This document shows, piece by piece, positions 12,401-27,400 of a stretch of 64,000 bases of DNA. The position numbers were made by a program, and so were the translations under genes. The notes under the pieces were generated by a model, which saw nothing but the letters and a program-made list of their open reading frames with translations, had not been told where the DNA came from and did not search any database. Position 1 is the first letter of the stretch, and every line of letters begins with the position of its first letter. The stretch is from Phoronis australis (Eukaryota > Animalia > Phoronida), in assembly GCA_002633005.1 (NCBI GenBank), contig NMRA01000254.1:1-64000 (forward strand), in the 5' to 3' direction.

Positions 12401-15400
12401 TTATAATACTTCAAGTTAAATAAAAAGCAATTTCAAACATCGGGACTGGTAGACGGATAAACTGCGATATGCAAGACTATTTGCCGTTTTGTCCTACGTT
12501 TCTTGATTTGCGTAGGTTGAAAGCAAGGTGGGATAAGTTTTGTTGTAGGTTATGGATTGCAATTTGTATTTTATAACAAAAGCTTATTTTTGATTTTATA
12601 TCTATTTTAAGTAATTACTGAACAGAGAGGGGGTCGAAACCATTAAAAGTCACCCGCACTCGAATTAATTTAATCCCCATAATGTTTATTTAAATGCAAA
12701 AATACGACAGGTAAGTAGCATTCAAGCAACTACACACAATTATCTTGCAAAAATCGTAATTCAAAAGAAAAGCGGCTTCCGACAGTGTCCTTCGATGTTA
12801 TACGCCACTAGTAATGTTGTTCGCTTACTAGTGTGGCCCAAGGCCTACTAGCTTCCGCAAAGCGACAGCATGTACAGTTTTGAATATTACCTAAAATTTC
12901 ACTTACCTTGGTTTCCAACCATACTGCGATTGCAGGCTGTCGATCTCGAAACAGTCTGCAGAAAAATGTTTACTCCATATCACCGAATACGGCGACGCTC
13001 CACTAAATTTTCTCGTGGACCTCACGAAGTCTTCCCAGTTGCGACGCAGTCTGGGGGTTAGTGGGAAACCTATGTAATGACACCCCAGGCACAGACCCTG
13101 ACACATTGTCACAGCCTCCAATAACACAACAGTCCGGCATTGTTCTTCAAATTTTTAATCGAGTTGAAGTATAAAAATGTGTTTAATGTCGAAATAAGTA
13201 TTGCAATTGGCACACAACATCAGTGATACGTCGTGCGTAGACAGACAGTGCGAAAGACATGCGGCTGTACTCGAACACTTTATTGAGGACTCATTGCTAA
13301 CTACTGTGAAATGTTTATGGCAACGCACATGACCATGCTGCATATGTGTCACATTTCAGAGAATTGGCAAAAGTTGCATAATAAACCCATTCTAACAAAC
13401 AGAAAGCTTCCATTTGTGCCAGATAGTCCCAGTACAAACCTATGGACAGACTCGGCAGTGATCGGGTCCGTTTCCGGACGTGACGTGTTTCCGAAGATAG
13501 CCGAAGTTGAAAATTTTCTGTTCTCGAAATTTTGTGGGGAAGTGGGAGCGTGTTTTAAACGAATAATAGAAGAATATGGGATGTGAAATAAAAAGAAATG
13601 TGGTTTATAAGCAAACTTTATTAACAGTCAGCACATGTGTATACATATTAACTACAACTAAATAGCTGTGAATCGACCTCTTTAACGTTAATAAAATCAA
13701 AATATGGACAGCTGTATCGAAATTGGTGACAAAATGCGGTGATTAAATTTTGACAAATAATTTTGCCGGACTTGGGCCTGCAGCCAATCGGACCCGCTGC
13801 GGACCGAGACCAGACACTGGCGAACGATAAAGGCATGCGGTTCCAAGATGTTTTGTCAGAAGTTAAAGATTCAAATCATAATGCCGTATACATACTAAGG
13901 TAGTTTCAGACACTTACATGAAATTACCGGCTGGTTAGTCCTGTGTCACACTGCCGCGGCAACCCTTAGGTTAGCTAGCAGTATGAAGACTCGTCAAAAT
14001 ACAGCTTTGCTCCAAGGTTACCCTTAGGCCTACCTGGTCCCTGGCCACAACGCTCGCTCAAACGAGGTTTATTTAGAACTTGGGGTCTTCTGGCGAACTA
14101 TGCAAAGTTTTTGGCTTTCAAGAGAGATTTGCCCATAATTTGCATGAGCGCATCAAGCCTAAAATAGGGGGAATCGAATTTTCACTATAAGATTCACTAG
14201 GTATGTTCAGAGTTATGAATTGCAGACGCCGAGTTTCGTACTTCCTGCCTTCTAGTGGACTTTTGTGTGATTTTCTACTTTTTTCAGAGTTCTTGCTTGT
14301 CTGACTGAGGCAGACCTTTTTCCATTTCTCCAAATAGGGGGCTCATTCGAGCACATAAGTATGACAAGTCCAATACAAAATGTTGTCATTTTTTATTCAT
14401 TAAGCAGTGAGTAGAAGGAAGTGACCTTACAACTGAACCACATCGATAATTGTAATTTGAGTGGGGGTGGCAATCTCAATGACAGAATTGCAAGAACCCA
14501 TGAAATGAAAAACTTCCAGTGAACTTGGTTTTCAACTGTATGATGTTTTTTTAAATTTAAATCTGTTGAAATAATAGTAAACCCAAGGCATCAAGAAATG
14601 TTGCTTGAAGATGCTAGTGAACATATTATTGCAAGCTAATTATATCATGCTTTGGTCACTCAATCATTCAAATGAAAGAACAAATCAGAGGACGATTATG
14701 ATTTAATCATTTAGGTGCTCCACAGTTCGAATCAAAATCAAGTGCTTTCAGTCGGAACTCTATATTTGGTTTCAGTTCCTTCACAGAGTCTCCATAAGCA
14801 TTAATTAGTATTAATTGAATTTTGGCTTTACGTGAATAAAGTGTATTACTACTTTAAGACTTTCAAGGTAGTTGACATTTATGTCTACTGTTCATCAGTC
14901 AAAACTGAATTATTCTCAGTATAGGAACACTATGTAAGCCAAAATGATTCAGCCTTTTACAGTATTTTATAACATTTAAGCATTACAAACAATATTCAAC
15001 AGCACAAGTTTTCATGATATGAAAGTGGATATGCATGCAACTATTACCACGGTGACCGAATAGTGTTTCCTTACACCAGAATTTGACAAGCATGATTTAA
15101 AAAATATGAAGTTGCAAGGAACAAGAATTGGGGGCTTGAAGCTTCACAATCCAACATAGCCTATCCCTCTAATTAAGATTCTTCATATTGTTGACTTGAT
15201 AACCTGAATTAAGAAAGCAAAAAGTTACAAAACATGACTTCAAAGCAATTTAGACTTAAAATTTAGAAAAATACGAATCATTTTGTGACACCGAATCAAG
15301 CCTTGAACAGCAGTTGACAGTCAAAAAAACCATTTCAATATTATTTCAACTATTTTTTAGCTTAGTATGAGATCACGTGAATGGGAAATTCATAGTAAAA

Positions 15401-18400
15401 TAATTGGAATATACCTTATATTTTTTGCACAAAAACATAATAATTGAACAAAGTTCCTTTTTTGTAGCAACGTTTGTCAAAATGTATCAACATTAAATAT
15501 CCACAAATTACAAAGTAACTGGTTGAACATGCCTTTCAGTTCAGTAAAAGTCGCCATGTTGTCCGTGCCGCCACAAATGAGACTAAGTCCAGCGGGAATT
15601 GTGAGAACATTTAATAAGTAAAAACTTCGAGCCTGACATTTGGTGAAAACTTTAATCGTGCAGAATAGTAAGTAAAGATATGTCTCATTAATTTTCACCG
15701 TAAATTGTTGGCAAAAACAATTTACACAAAATTTTAAACATGTAACTCATCCCGCTGTCGTCCAAGATGACCGACCCGATCCAAACAAAGTGACCCAAAT
15801 TTCGCCACAAAAACTGCAATCACTTTGCACTGCTTGCCCCGATTTTGATACTTTTTCGATTTTTACCTAGTAGGAGGCATTATCTTTCCGATGATAGCAA
15901 AATACTTTTTCAAAACGAAAAAAAATCAAAACAAAAACAAAAAAATTTGGTTCGACCACCCTACATAACAGGAACTAAACACCAATGCTAATTTAACATA
16001 ATAGACAAAAGTACGTGTAACATTCCCAAAAAATTTAACAACCACTAACTGCAAACTATAAATACGCAATATATACAAACGAGTCACGAGATATTACTAA
16101 TAAAACGAAATAATGAAGACTTTTTGAGCAAGCGATAGCACAATCATACAATTACAAGGAAAAAATGGCGGCGTTCAGAACAAGTTCCTGAACTGACTAG
16201 CCGGAAATGTGGGTACGGAAATAACCGATGACGGCCGGTAATTATCTGCTCAGATAAAAAAACGCTTGTGGCACGAATAGCGAAAAGAATATAACGAAAG
16301 TTATCGAAAATAAGATTTTATTTACTACGTATTTTCGGATACTGGAGCCACATTGGCATTTTATGATAAGGAGTTTAATGTTATCATTCGTTCCGCCAGT
16401 GTTTAACTAAATGCCTGTTTTCAAGTCTCATTCAATGCAGAGTCTGTATAGGCCATTTGTGTAAGGTAGTTGCAGAGCATAGTTGTTTTCAGAATGCTCG
16501 CTAGAGGGGGTAAAATACGGGTAAATGAGCGCCCTCTTTGGTAGCAAGCTACTGGTACAAACGTTTGTGGGAGGATGGCTTGTTTTAGTGTAAATATCAT
16601 TGACAATAGTACTTGAATTTTGACGAAAGGTGTCCTCACGATACGATATCAAATATTTCTATGAATCGTAGACTTGTTTTGCCTGGTATGAATTGAAAAT
16701 GTTTTGTAAACTCTTACCAAGTTTGGGCACAAGTGATATTTTCATTTTAATTTTTTGTGAGAGATGAGTAGCTCCAAATGAATGCTTGTCATTTTTAAGG
16801 TCTATACAATTTAGTTACTATCAGGCAATGTTGTGAGAAATTGTGGAAAAAATCAACTTTGGCAATTATTTTGTCCAAAAAACAGTGAGATTATAGCGCA
16901 GTGTGTAATATTTTACGGAATCTACTCTAGAAAATTATCATCAGTGTCACCATTACTGTTGATTAAATAGTTTTAGTTCATGGCTCTCCATAAAAATGAC
17001 CAAAATATTTCCCATGCATAGAAAAGGAAATAAAATTTTCATAAGATAAACAAAAAGTGGTTTGGAGAGCCTTGTTTCAAGTTGATGTATTCAATATGGA
17101 CTTTGCTGCAATGTTTTACGTGGAATAATGTATGTGTCTACTTTTATGTGGTGAAAATAAGTCTTGGAAAAAGATAAAAATTTTATATCCTGGAAAACTT
17201 GTGCAGAATGAAATCATGATGTGAATGAGATCGTGATGTGAATGAGATCGTGATTGAATGAGATCGTGATGTGAATGAGATCGTGATGTGAATGAGATCG
17301 TGATGTGAATGAGATCGTGATGTGAATGAGATCGTGATGTGAATGAGATCGTGATGTGAATGAGAACCTCTACATTTGGTTTTCTCCGCTTTGTGACACA
17401 ATTTGATGGAAAAGTGGATTTTTCTCAGCAAAAACAAATTTTAAGTAAAGAAATTTTGCATCATGGTCTGTCGAAGATGAAACACCATTTGATAAAAATA
17501 TGAGCATTTTTAGCAATGTCGTAGGACTTTGAGAAATGAAAAATACTTGTCTTTTCGACATGTCTTTCTGATATTAAAAGGAATTCAATGTCTTGCATTT
17601 TTAATGAGGTAAATCTGCATTAAAGCTATATTGGATAAATGTCCAAATTTGGCTAATTTTGGAACATCATATCTTGGAAATCACTAATCGGAATCTGTGT
17701 GAAACTTTCTATTAATGTTTTATGTCGTGTTCTCCACAGGAATGTTAGGAATTGTTTAAATTCTCCAGTTTTGCGTGAGGAGTTATCGTAAATTAAATAG
17801 TTTTATGTGGTAATTTAACAAACTGCGGAAGCGCTTTTGAGATTTCATATTGGACATTCATATCAAGTGAAATTTGGTCATGTTATGGCACAGGCTTTGT
17901 CCCCTTTCTTCAAAAGATGTGTAGTTTTATGAAGTTAAAATTAGTGGTTTTGTAGATAAACATGTTGACAAGGTTCTACATACCCCTAACCTTAATAAAA
18001 ATGTAATTGTAATTCAGGGGTTCTCATGGGGGTTAACCCATACAATAAGTATTGTATTTCCTGAAAGTATGAACTCCAATGAGCCATTCCCTTCCATGAG
18101 GAAGAAAGGTGGGCAGATATTTTACCTGCCCACACACATTTCACCTGGCTGGTTTCAGGTGTGCCTGACAGGCGTGTTAGACTTTCGTTGCAGTCTTTTA
18201 AATACCGTAATTCCAAGTTATGAAGTACGTAGTTTCATTTCCTCCTGCGCAATTTTATAGTTGCCTTTCATTACCTGAAGATCATGTTACAATGTTTAGA
18301 CAAGTTTTGTTAAACACACAATGTACATTGGCTCTATCCAGCTTCTAAGCCAGCCTTTGGTAATTTCTCTTGTGAGTTCTGTCTACTGGCCACAGCTCAT

Positions 18401-21400
18401 GTAGACACTGTCCCAAAGACGTCACGATCACAGAAAGAAATGAACATGCTAGTAATAAAATGTACACATATTCATATGATAAAACCCTCGTACTTTGGCC
18501 ATCATAGACCATCAAAGGTGCAAATAAGATGCGCACACTCCTGCCATTTGAACAATGGTCAAACCACAGTAAAAACCCGCTAATTTTGGACACACATAAT
18601 TGCCCCTTTTCTGATTTTTCAAGGTCTTCGTACCTTGCTGTGAGTACCAAGAAGTTTTCAAATTTTGTGTGCTGGTAGAATTCATACAAATATTGAACAT
18701 TACAAAGCTTTTGTTCTGGGCTTTACATGTGATATGAAAAATGAGAAAATAAAATTTCACTTGTCAGCCATATTGTATCCTAAATTGGTGAGATTTCACT
18801 GTACATACAGTACGAGGTAAGGCTATAGACTGAACTAGGTCAAAGGTCGATGTTTGGACAGGAGATGGACTTTATTGTGCTTCAAATTACTGTAAACTTC
18901 GGGGTTAACGACCATGTTCACTTAACCGCCCACCCCAACTTTTGGTGGATTTCTGATTTAAGCGCCCACTGCTCTGTTAAGCGCCCCTCTGCGATATTTG
19001 AAGATTTCCAGGTGAGCGCCTACCTCTCAGTTAAGCGCCCAATTCCCCGACTTAAAAAGATTGAAGATTTAGCGTGCTGAGGAAACACGCGATTCCCCCA
19101 CATTTAGATAAAGATCGATGATCACAATGAGTGCACCGATGGCCTCCGATGCGGCGGTTTGGCAATGTGAATTATTATACAAGTAATGTATTAATGTCAC
19201 GCGTCATGGACGTATTTCAAAATATAATACTTGAACGTTTTGGTCACATTATTTTCTTCCCATGTTCGCAAAGTTTAAGAACCCCACCGGCTTCAATACC
19301 TCTGCTTTCAGCAATGTTGTCTGTTGCGCTGAGTTTCCGTCTGCAGTGGACTAGATAAAACTTATATTAAAAAAAATCAGGAAAGAGAAGTGTGATTGTG
19401 GTTTTGCCAACCCTCCCAATTGGCGTTAGGTGGGAAGCTCTCGTATTTTGAAGAATTCTCACAACTCACGGAAAGATGTCAAATTCTCCCTATTTTGATG
19501 AATGCAATAATTGCTTTATTATAGAGGATGTGTGGTGACCGAAGGGACAGTGTGCCTTACTGGGTTTTGCTGCCTTGATTTCTGAATTCTTAAGGTTGGC
19601 AATACCTTACTGGATGTTTGTGTATCATCTTGAAGTAATAAAAATGTGCTAGTCAACTTTTGTTTTTCGCTTATTGCATCTCAGTCAAACTGGCGTTAGC
19701 AGATTTCACCAATATCGCTGGCGGTTCTTCATAGTACGATTTTTTGCGACAACCCCCACCCAGGCGTGACTGTGTGAATTATCGTTTCCACCTACCCTTT
19801 TTAGCCACCCGAATAATTTTGTTTCTACATTGGCCAGTTTCAGCATTAACAAAATTCTTACTATTCGAGTCTGAAATGGCTACGACATAGACAGACTGAA
19901 AATTGGCGATAGTGGTTAGGGGGTGCACGCAGCTAGCTACAGGCATGGCCTGGGGAACATCGAGCCAGGAAATATCAGAACAGATAGTTTTGGAGAACAT
20001 TGTGAAGCACTGGGTTTTTTATAACAACAGCTTAAAAGTACAGAGTCACGCCTGTATACTCTTTTACTTGTATACACTTTTACTTAGAACTGTCGCTGTT
20101 CTCTTTTGGTGTGCAATCTTGTAGTGGTGCCCGCGCATAAGTTCCCACCCACACTGTGGAGTGCATGTTACATTAATTCTGCGACTGTCTTTTGCCATAA
20201 AAAACGAGATGCACATTGAAAGAGGTCGTTATATTATTTGACGGCATCTCTAACAACCAAGTCAAGGCTGGATTCACACGAGTTGCGTATGTTTGCTAGA
20301 TATCTACTTTCCGCCAAAAAATCCGCTTGCGTACATTGGAAATTCCAGGTCGCATGTTGTGACTACCCGGTAGATACAAGATGACCAAAATCTTGGCTCA
20401 CATTTCCAAATTTCAGGTCGCCAATATGACTTGCATTTTGTTATATGCCGACCACGGAGTCCCGCTGACAACAACATCGACTTGGTAACTTTTTAAAGAC
20501 GACTGACTCATGTCCGCTTATCCCCTATTCTTGTCTTCTTTGCGTAGTATGTTTCGCGCAACGGTAGTGAGCAGTGCCATGCGCTTTAGATAAAACAGCT
20601 AGCCGGAGAATCATACGTTGAAAATGTCATTAAGTCACGGAGTCGTGAACATAAACATCCCAAACACAAAAAACGCCTAAATTAGTTTTTCAAACTTTTA
20701 CAGTACTGAATTTTAAAACTGATCTCTGGCTCAGAACTGACAGCTAACGTGGGACTGTAACCATAAATTTGACCTCTGCCGTGACCTCTGAAACATGAGA
20801 AGCTTCTACACACGCGCTTCTGCAGGTGTCACCGCGTGAGAATAGTTGCAATACAAGTGGAGCGCCGCGTGGTCACTGGTCTTCTGTGCACTACAGCTCT
20901 AACGAACTAACAAGATCGTGGATGGCACGATTCTGTAGTTTTGTATATTTAATTGTGAATGAATAATCTTGTTGGGATCATCCGCTGTCATGACATTTTA
21001 ACTGTCATTTGGCGACGTGACGATAAAGCTCTTTGAAAAGTGTAACGCGCTCCGATTACGTGTGTCGTGTGAGGACTCAGTTCATGAGGTAAGATTAACC
21101 GCCCAGGGCAGTTGTCTGTCATAATAAGCGCCCATGTTCGGTTGTTACTGCCCACCCACGATTTTTTTTAAATTTCTCGTGTAAGCGCCTATGTCTGGTT
21201 AACCGCCTATTCTCAAATTTTTTGGAGTCGCCAATTTAACCGCCCAGGGCATTAACTTAAACGTTTACGGTAATGTAATTGTTATTGAAACTATTAACAT
21301 AGTGATGGCAATCACCCTTGGTTGCCAAGTGTCATGACGTCTAGGAAACGAAAGTGACCTCGAACACTCAAGTTGATTTTCTTTAAACTAATCAGTGATT

Positions 21401-24400
21401 TTAGGAACCTCTCTCTGTTATTTGCCTGCACCAAAACCATAATCTCAAATGATAAGATGTCTATAATTATCGCCTTGCACCGGGCACTTTGAACTTCTGC
21501 CCCTTTTTACTGGAAAGATAAATAAGATATTTGAGATAATGGTGTCGTTTTTCTTTGAAATATTGCAGTTACTGAGTTCTGTGTAGTTCTTGGCCGCAGT
21601 TCAATATTGCAACTATGATGATACGTAGTGTTAGCATTAGAATGATGAAAAGCTGTTATATATAGGTACATGTTATTTTATTGGTCTCCTGACCTCAATG
21701 GACAAGGTGATAAATGCTCCTTTTAACTTCGCATTATTTACAGGACATGTGGTGACGTAATAACAACATTTAATGCTCCATCTCAACCATTGCACAATTC
21801 TCAGTATATTTCATATTATGTGCTAAAAACTATTATGTTCAGGGTCAATTGTGATGTAATGAAACGTAATCCGATATCACCCAGTTTTGATTGCTCCATA
21901 GAACATGATCTGATTTTACCCAAATTTGAATGATCTGTCAATGGTTTCCCCTCTCACTCCAATAGTAATGATGCTGTCTTACCTTTTACAAGAACAAGGA
22001 ATGTCGACCAATCAATAGGGAGTACCTTCATAAGTTGATGGGAGTTCCCCCATGGTATTTCCCTGCTTTATGCAGATCTATATTTAGTTACTTTCCTGGA
22101 GTCACATGTCATACGTGACCTTGTGATTAGTTCAGGCTAATAAATATTAATAGATCCATGTGACTGAACCCTTTCAGTTGTAATATATCTGTCCAGTGCT
22201 TCATGCATACCTGCTTGTTGGGTGTAGCCATCAAGTCAACGTGTGTTTTATTCAAGTTTACCCTTTTTGAGTTGTTCGGTTTTGCTTACGTTAGTCAAAA
22301 TGCCTGACGTGGAGACGTTGTTTGCGGAAGCGTCTGTGCAGCGGTTTTACAGCCCCGCTGGTAAGAACTAGTATAGCCAGGTATTTGTAAAACCTTGTGA
22401 GAAAAAGCTTTCATGGACGCGTTACTATTGTGTTTTTAATTTGCAGCGTTGTGTTTTGCTGCTGAGACTTTCTAATAGTTAGCTTCAGGGTATGTGTTCT
22501 TATAGTGGCAATATTTACCTTACTTCTACTTCACATGCAAGCGAGAGCTTGCTTTCGAAAACGGGGTCTGTAAATAAAACATGGGCCATCGACATAGAAT
22601 GGGAGGGGAATGGTTGCAGAAGTTCCCAGTAACATGTTTTCTCAATTTCATGTTTTGTTGCATTTTGATTTCCGTAAATAACTTTTGCCTATACTAATTG
22701 CTCTTGTTACCACTGCGTTATTACCAACGATTTTTGGTCAATGTGAATTATTCTAAGACTGCTCTGAGGCCATTGTTTTTGTACGAAATAAGTAAGTACT
22801 ATAGTCATTTACATGCACAGTCATGGGGACGGTAATAAAAGAAGATGAAAAGGCAGAGAGTCCAGCTACAGTCTGTTGTTGCATTTTCACTAAACCTCAA
22901 CAGCTGATTGGGTGCAAGTGTGTGTGTAAACACGACTGACACGGAGCAAGTTGACACCGTAGCTTCCATTTTGAACACTGATTTTGAGAAATAGAGCAAG
23001 GTTCACTGGATCAGATGTTCCAGTTCTACTAAACACCGCGTGATGAAAATCTGAGCAAAATTTGCAGTGTAGGGAGTTTTGAAAAACATGGTGAAATGAC
23101 GACTTTGACAAAAATATTTTTGTCCTTATTTGAAAAAGCCTTACCACAAATTTTAAATGCACTGTTTGCAGAGTTTGTATTGAAATCAGGTTTGTGTTAT
23201 AGCAACAGCACGACAACGTTTATATTTATTATATGTATTGCCTTTGATTTTAATTTCAAGAACAAAATGTTTATGATGCGTTATTGTACATTATTTCAGT
23301 GTATCACCTGCAGATGCAGGCTCCGAAGCCTATCATCGTGTCGTGTCCATATGAAATACACAACAAACCCCCCTTCTATGGCAGAGAGTGAGTACTTCTA
23401 CCTAGCATGGAGTTAAACAATTACTTAAGGAGCTTCTTGTCCGATAAAATCTCACCAATTTTGGACAGAAATAATTTCCAAAGTTGTCTTTTTCGTTTTT
23501 CATTCGCTTCAGATGTCGTGAATGTTCACAATTTTTCTAGACATTGTCTGACAGTATAGTTTACGTCAGAAGTATTCAGTCAAAATGACCCAGAATTCCC
23601 ATCATGGCGGCTGAGTGGCCAGAAGCAGAATTTGTCGTCAACGAAGTATTCTCTCATGCAGGAGAATTAACATGGTAGGTGGCGACAACCTTTCTGTGAT
23701 TTGAATTTTGCTGTCTTGGTGGTTGCTACCATTCATTTTGCTGTTAACAAAGTTAGCAATAGTTTGTTGGTGTACTTTTGTTATGTATTGTGTTACACAA
23801 TTAGAGCATGCTAGACCATTATTTTCTTCTATATATTTTTATGGAAAAGAGGAAAAAAATTCAGTTTCAGTTGTCGACCGTTTTTTGTCATACATTGAGA
23901 TTTTAACATGCTTTAGTTTTAGAAGACTGGAGGAAATGTTTGTTAAACTTTGGAACTGGGTCTCTTTCGATCTTTTCACATGTAATGAACTATCTGACTA
24001 TTACTAATTGAATTAATTGGGGTTATTTGGTTGCTGTAGCAGTTTCTTGGCCTCACTTCCTAATTTGTTCCCAGGAGATACTTTTGATATTAATTATCCA
24101 GAGGTCGTATAACGTCATCTTCAGTGCGTATGTGGTACGGTTTCCTGAGGTGTCGCGTTGCATAAACTGGGTTAGGTTAAACCGGTCTGGGTGTAGTATC
24201 CGAGTTTCTTTTTTCAATTGTTGTTTTGATTTTTTGCACTGTGTTATCTTCAGGTCAAACACAGAGTTTTGGTACATTATGCAGGCTCCCATTTCAACTC
24301 TTCTGGTTTCATGTTACATTTTCAGTTGTTTTGCATCGTAATTTCAGACAAAAACAATTGGCATAACAAAATTTTTTAAATTTCTTGAAGATCTCCGTGT

Positions 24401-27400
24401 GAACGTCCACCTATTGTCAAAATATTATTTGACTGCAAATCAAGAACTGAATGAACTTGAAAATGACAAAACAATAAGTTGGTGACTTATTTTTATGAAC
24501 CTGACTATTCCAAGCACTTTGTAGAATTCCTTTTGTTGACCGTAGTGTGTCCTGAATCTTCAACACCTACCCAATGAACAAGCAATCCTAAATTATCCTG
24601 TTCCAGGTCTTGTACTAAGCTGGTCCCTGGTTGCTGCTTTGCCCTGAATTTGTGCCTGATGTTTCTTATCTTGTCTATGTCCAGATTTAAATGACTAGTT
24701 TTTATCTGGCCCACGGTAATACTCACGTGTTTTTGTTAGTCAACATTGATGGGTGTTGGTAAGGGTTTTATTTAAAACTGAGTTTCTGTGGTTTAACCAG
24801 CTGTGATAAGACGTCATAGTGGATACACATTCACAATTAATTAATCACACTGTTCTTGTAGGCAAATAGGAAGTGAAATATCTCATCTATGTGTGATTGC
24901 ATCATTTTTATTACACTGAATATTAAAAGCAAAATAATTCTGTAGTTAGTTAGTAGTTACAGATACCGTAAAATCTCTCCAATTTAGGACACAACAGGGC
25001 AATCGCGTGAAATTTTTTCTTCGTAAATGATATACAGTACCAGAATGATGCTTCACCTAGTTCTGTGGGCATTGGCAGTAGCATGTAAAAGTGCAATTTG
25101 GGAATTATGAATATGTCAATCTCAATATCGCGTGGAAAATATGTTGCAAACATTTAAGTCTTGCCAGCATGCCATCTGTTGGCCATAACATGTAATTTGG
25201 GAATTAGTTTTGCCCGAAATTGTTCAGATTATACCGTATCAAGACCGTGTTTACAGAATGAGCTCAGTATGTAGTATTAATGGAAGAGAACTGTAAAGGT
25301 AAGAAATATTGGGATTTTCATGCGCTCACAGTTACAAATAAGCTTCTGCCTGACACTGAAAGTGGTTCCGCTATTCTATGTCTCTGTTTTTATCTCCAAT
25401 TGTAGAGAATATTTGCTGAGGATCGATCATGCACTTGTGACGAGGGATTATTGAATGCATATCCAGCACTTGCAACTTCCCATAAACCTCTTGCTCTTAA
25501 AAGGCACACTCCTTAGTGTTTTCGTCACTCTGTGAAAAAAATTAACTTTTTGCAGAATTCTTCTTTGTGCAATAAACATTTTGTGGATTCTCTCGTGTGG
25601 CATTTTAGTAACATGGTGATGTCGTAGAGAGATCAGTTGAAAATACTCATCTGTTGTTCCTGTAGCTTATGACTCATCTCATATTTACAATTATTTGGCT
25701 TAGGTTCCAAGGTGCAATATCCCGAGAGGAGGCCGACCGCCTGTTGAACCGAGATGGCTGTTACTTAGTTCGCGAGAGTCAGAGGGCTCCAGGAGCTTAC
25801 ACGTTGGCAATTAGGTAAATCTCTCTGATATACTGAAGTCACTGAGCCCCACCCTCAAAATGGCACTCATTGATTCAGCCATTTGAGGCTTGATTAGGGG
25901 AATTACCTGCTGCGCAATGATTGACTGCCTTGATGTCATTAAAACAAAGGCAGATTCTAATTATTTTCACAAGCGTTTTTGCTGCCATTCAGGAAGCAGA
26001 AAGTATTGTTTTGGACATTGTTTGAAATAAAGGTTGTTCACCCACTTATTTTCAATTCTTTTTATTAATAGTGTCATAGAAATTAATGTTTTTGATCAAA
26101 ATACATCATCTTTGCAAAAATTTAGACCTAAATTGCTGCAATATACCATTAGTTTTCATTTTTGTACTATAGTGCAGAAAATTTCAAATTCATATTGCTT
26201 GTCATTTCTGTACCTAGCTGTACCTGTAAAAATGTGCCAGAATTCTGACACATTTGATTTCCTATACCAAGCCTAAAATGGCTAAAGCAATCAGCGACAT
26301 CTTGAGGCTTCGAGACGATGCTGACTCAGCCCTTACTAATAACTCCATCCAGTGTTTGATCACAGAACCAGCCCGGTGGCCATATTGTTTTTGGCTGCAT
26401 ATAGTGACAATCTGCAAATTCTATTTTATTCACTTCACAACCCTAGGGGCTTGTCTCTCAAAAACTCTATGGCCAAATTTAAAGTAGATTTCTTCTTGTC
26501 ATATGACTGACATTTAGTCTGTCGTTTGGCTTTAAGTTATGGATAGATTTTCGTGAAATAGGCTAAACTATCCGTACACTGATTTTTAGCCATAAGTCAA
26601 AGGACAATAGACTTCAAGAGACTGAAGTCACTTCTGAGTGCCAATTTTTGAAAGCCACTCTTATAATGGTAGGTGGTTCAATTTAAAAGATGATGTTCCA
26701 GCTATGTCGTAACTTAGCTCGTTCAGTTGATGTCTCACACCCCAGTCCATTGCTTGGTGAAGTTGGTCGTTAATTCTGTAATGTTCTCTTTTCATAGGAA
26801 ATTGCTCATTGCTTTATATAATTGCGTGGTTATGTTTAAATACAGCATTCATTTCAAAACCTATATATTACATGGAATTACTCACGACTAATAATTGCTT
26901 ATGTGTTTGTTTGTAAACTTTGGATCAGACATTAAAGCTAGAATTTCAGAGTGTCTAGTTTACAGTAATTCTCCTCATATTTCGCACAATTACCTTGCTG
27001 CGTATTATTTTTCACAATTGTTTTACTACATCTACACACTACAAGCCATGCGGGTAATTGCCTAAATGATTGTTCTTTTATGGGGAAAATTGACAAAATA
27101 GAATTTCACTTGTGTGCCAAAAAGTGAAGATTTTAATATGCGCATGTTTTATGACATAACATATGATTTTTTAGGACCTTCTCGACAGCATATGGAGAAA
27201 AAACATACCAGCCAACCACTTTTGAACAATACTCTAGAATGTGTTTGTACTCTTTAGGTTTGAAAGTCAAATGAAGAACTTCAAGCTCTATTACGATGGC
27301 CAACACTTTGTTGGCGAGAAGCGGTTCGACAACATACACGACTTGGTCGAGGACGGGCTGATCACGTTCTACCTAGAATCGAAGGCAGCCGACTACATCG

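Noticed and set aside
17206-17365. CRISPR-like array (also considered for 35773-35876 and 39230-40800)
   Set aside because: The units are head-to-tail with no unique spacers, there are no cas genes, and the context is eukaryotic.
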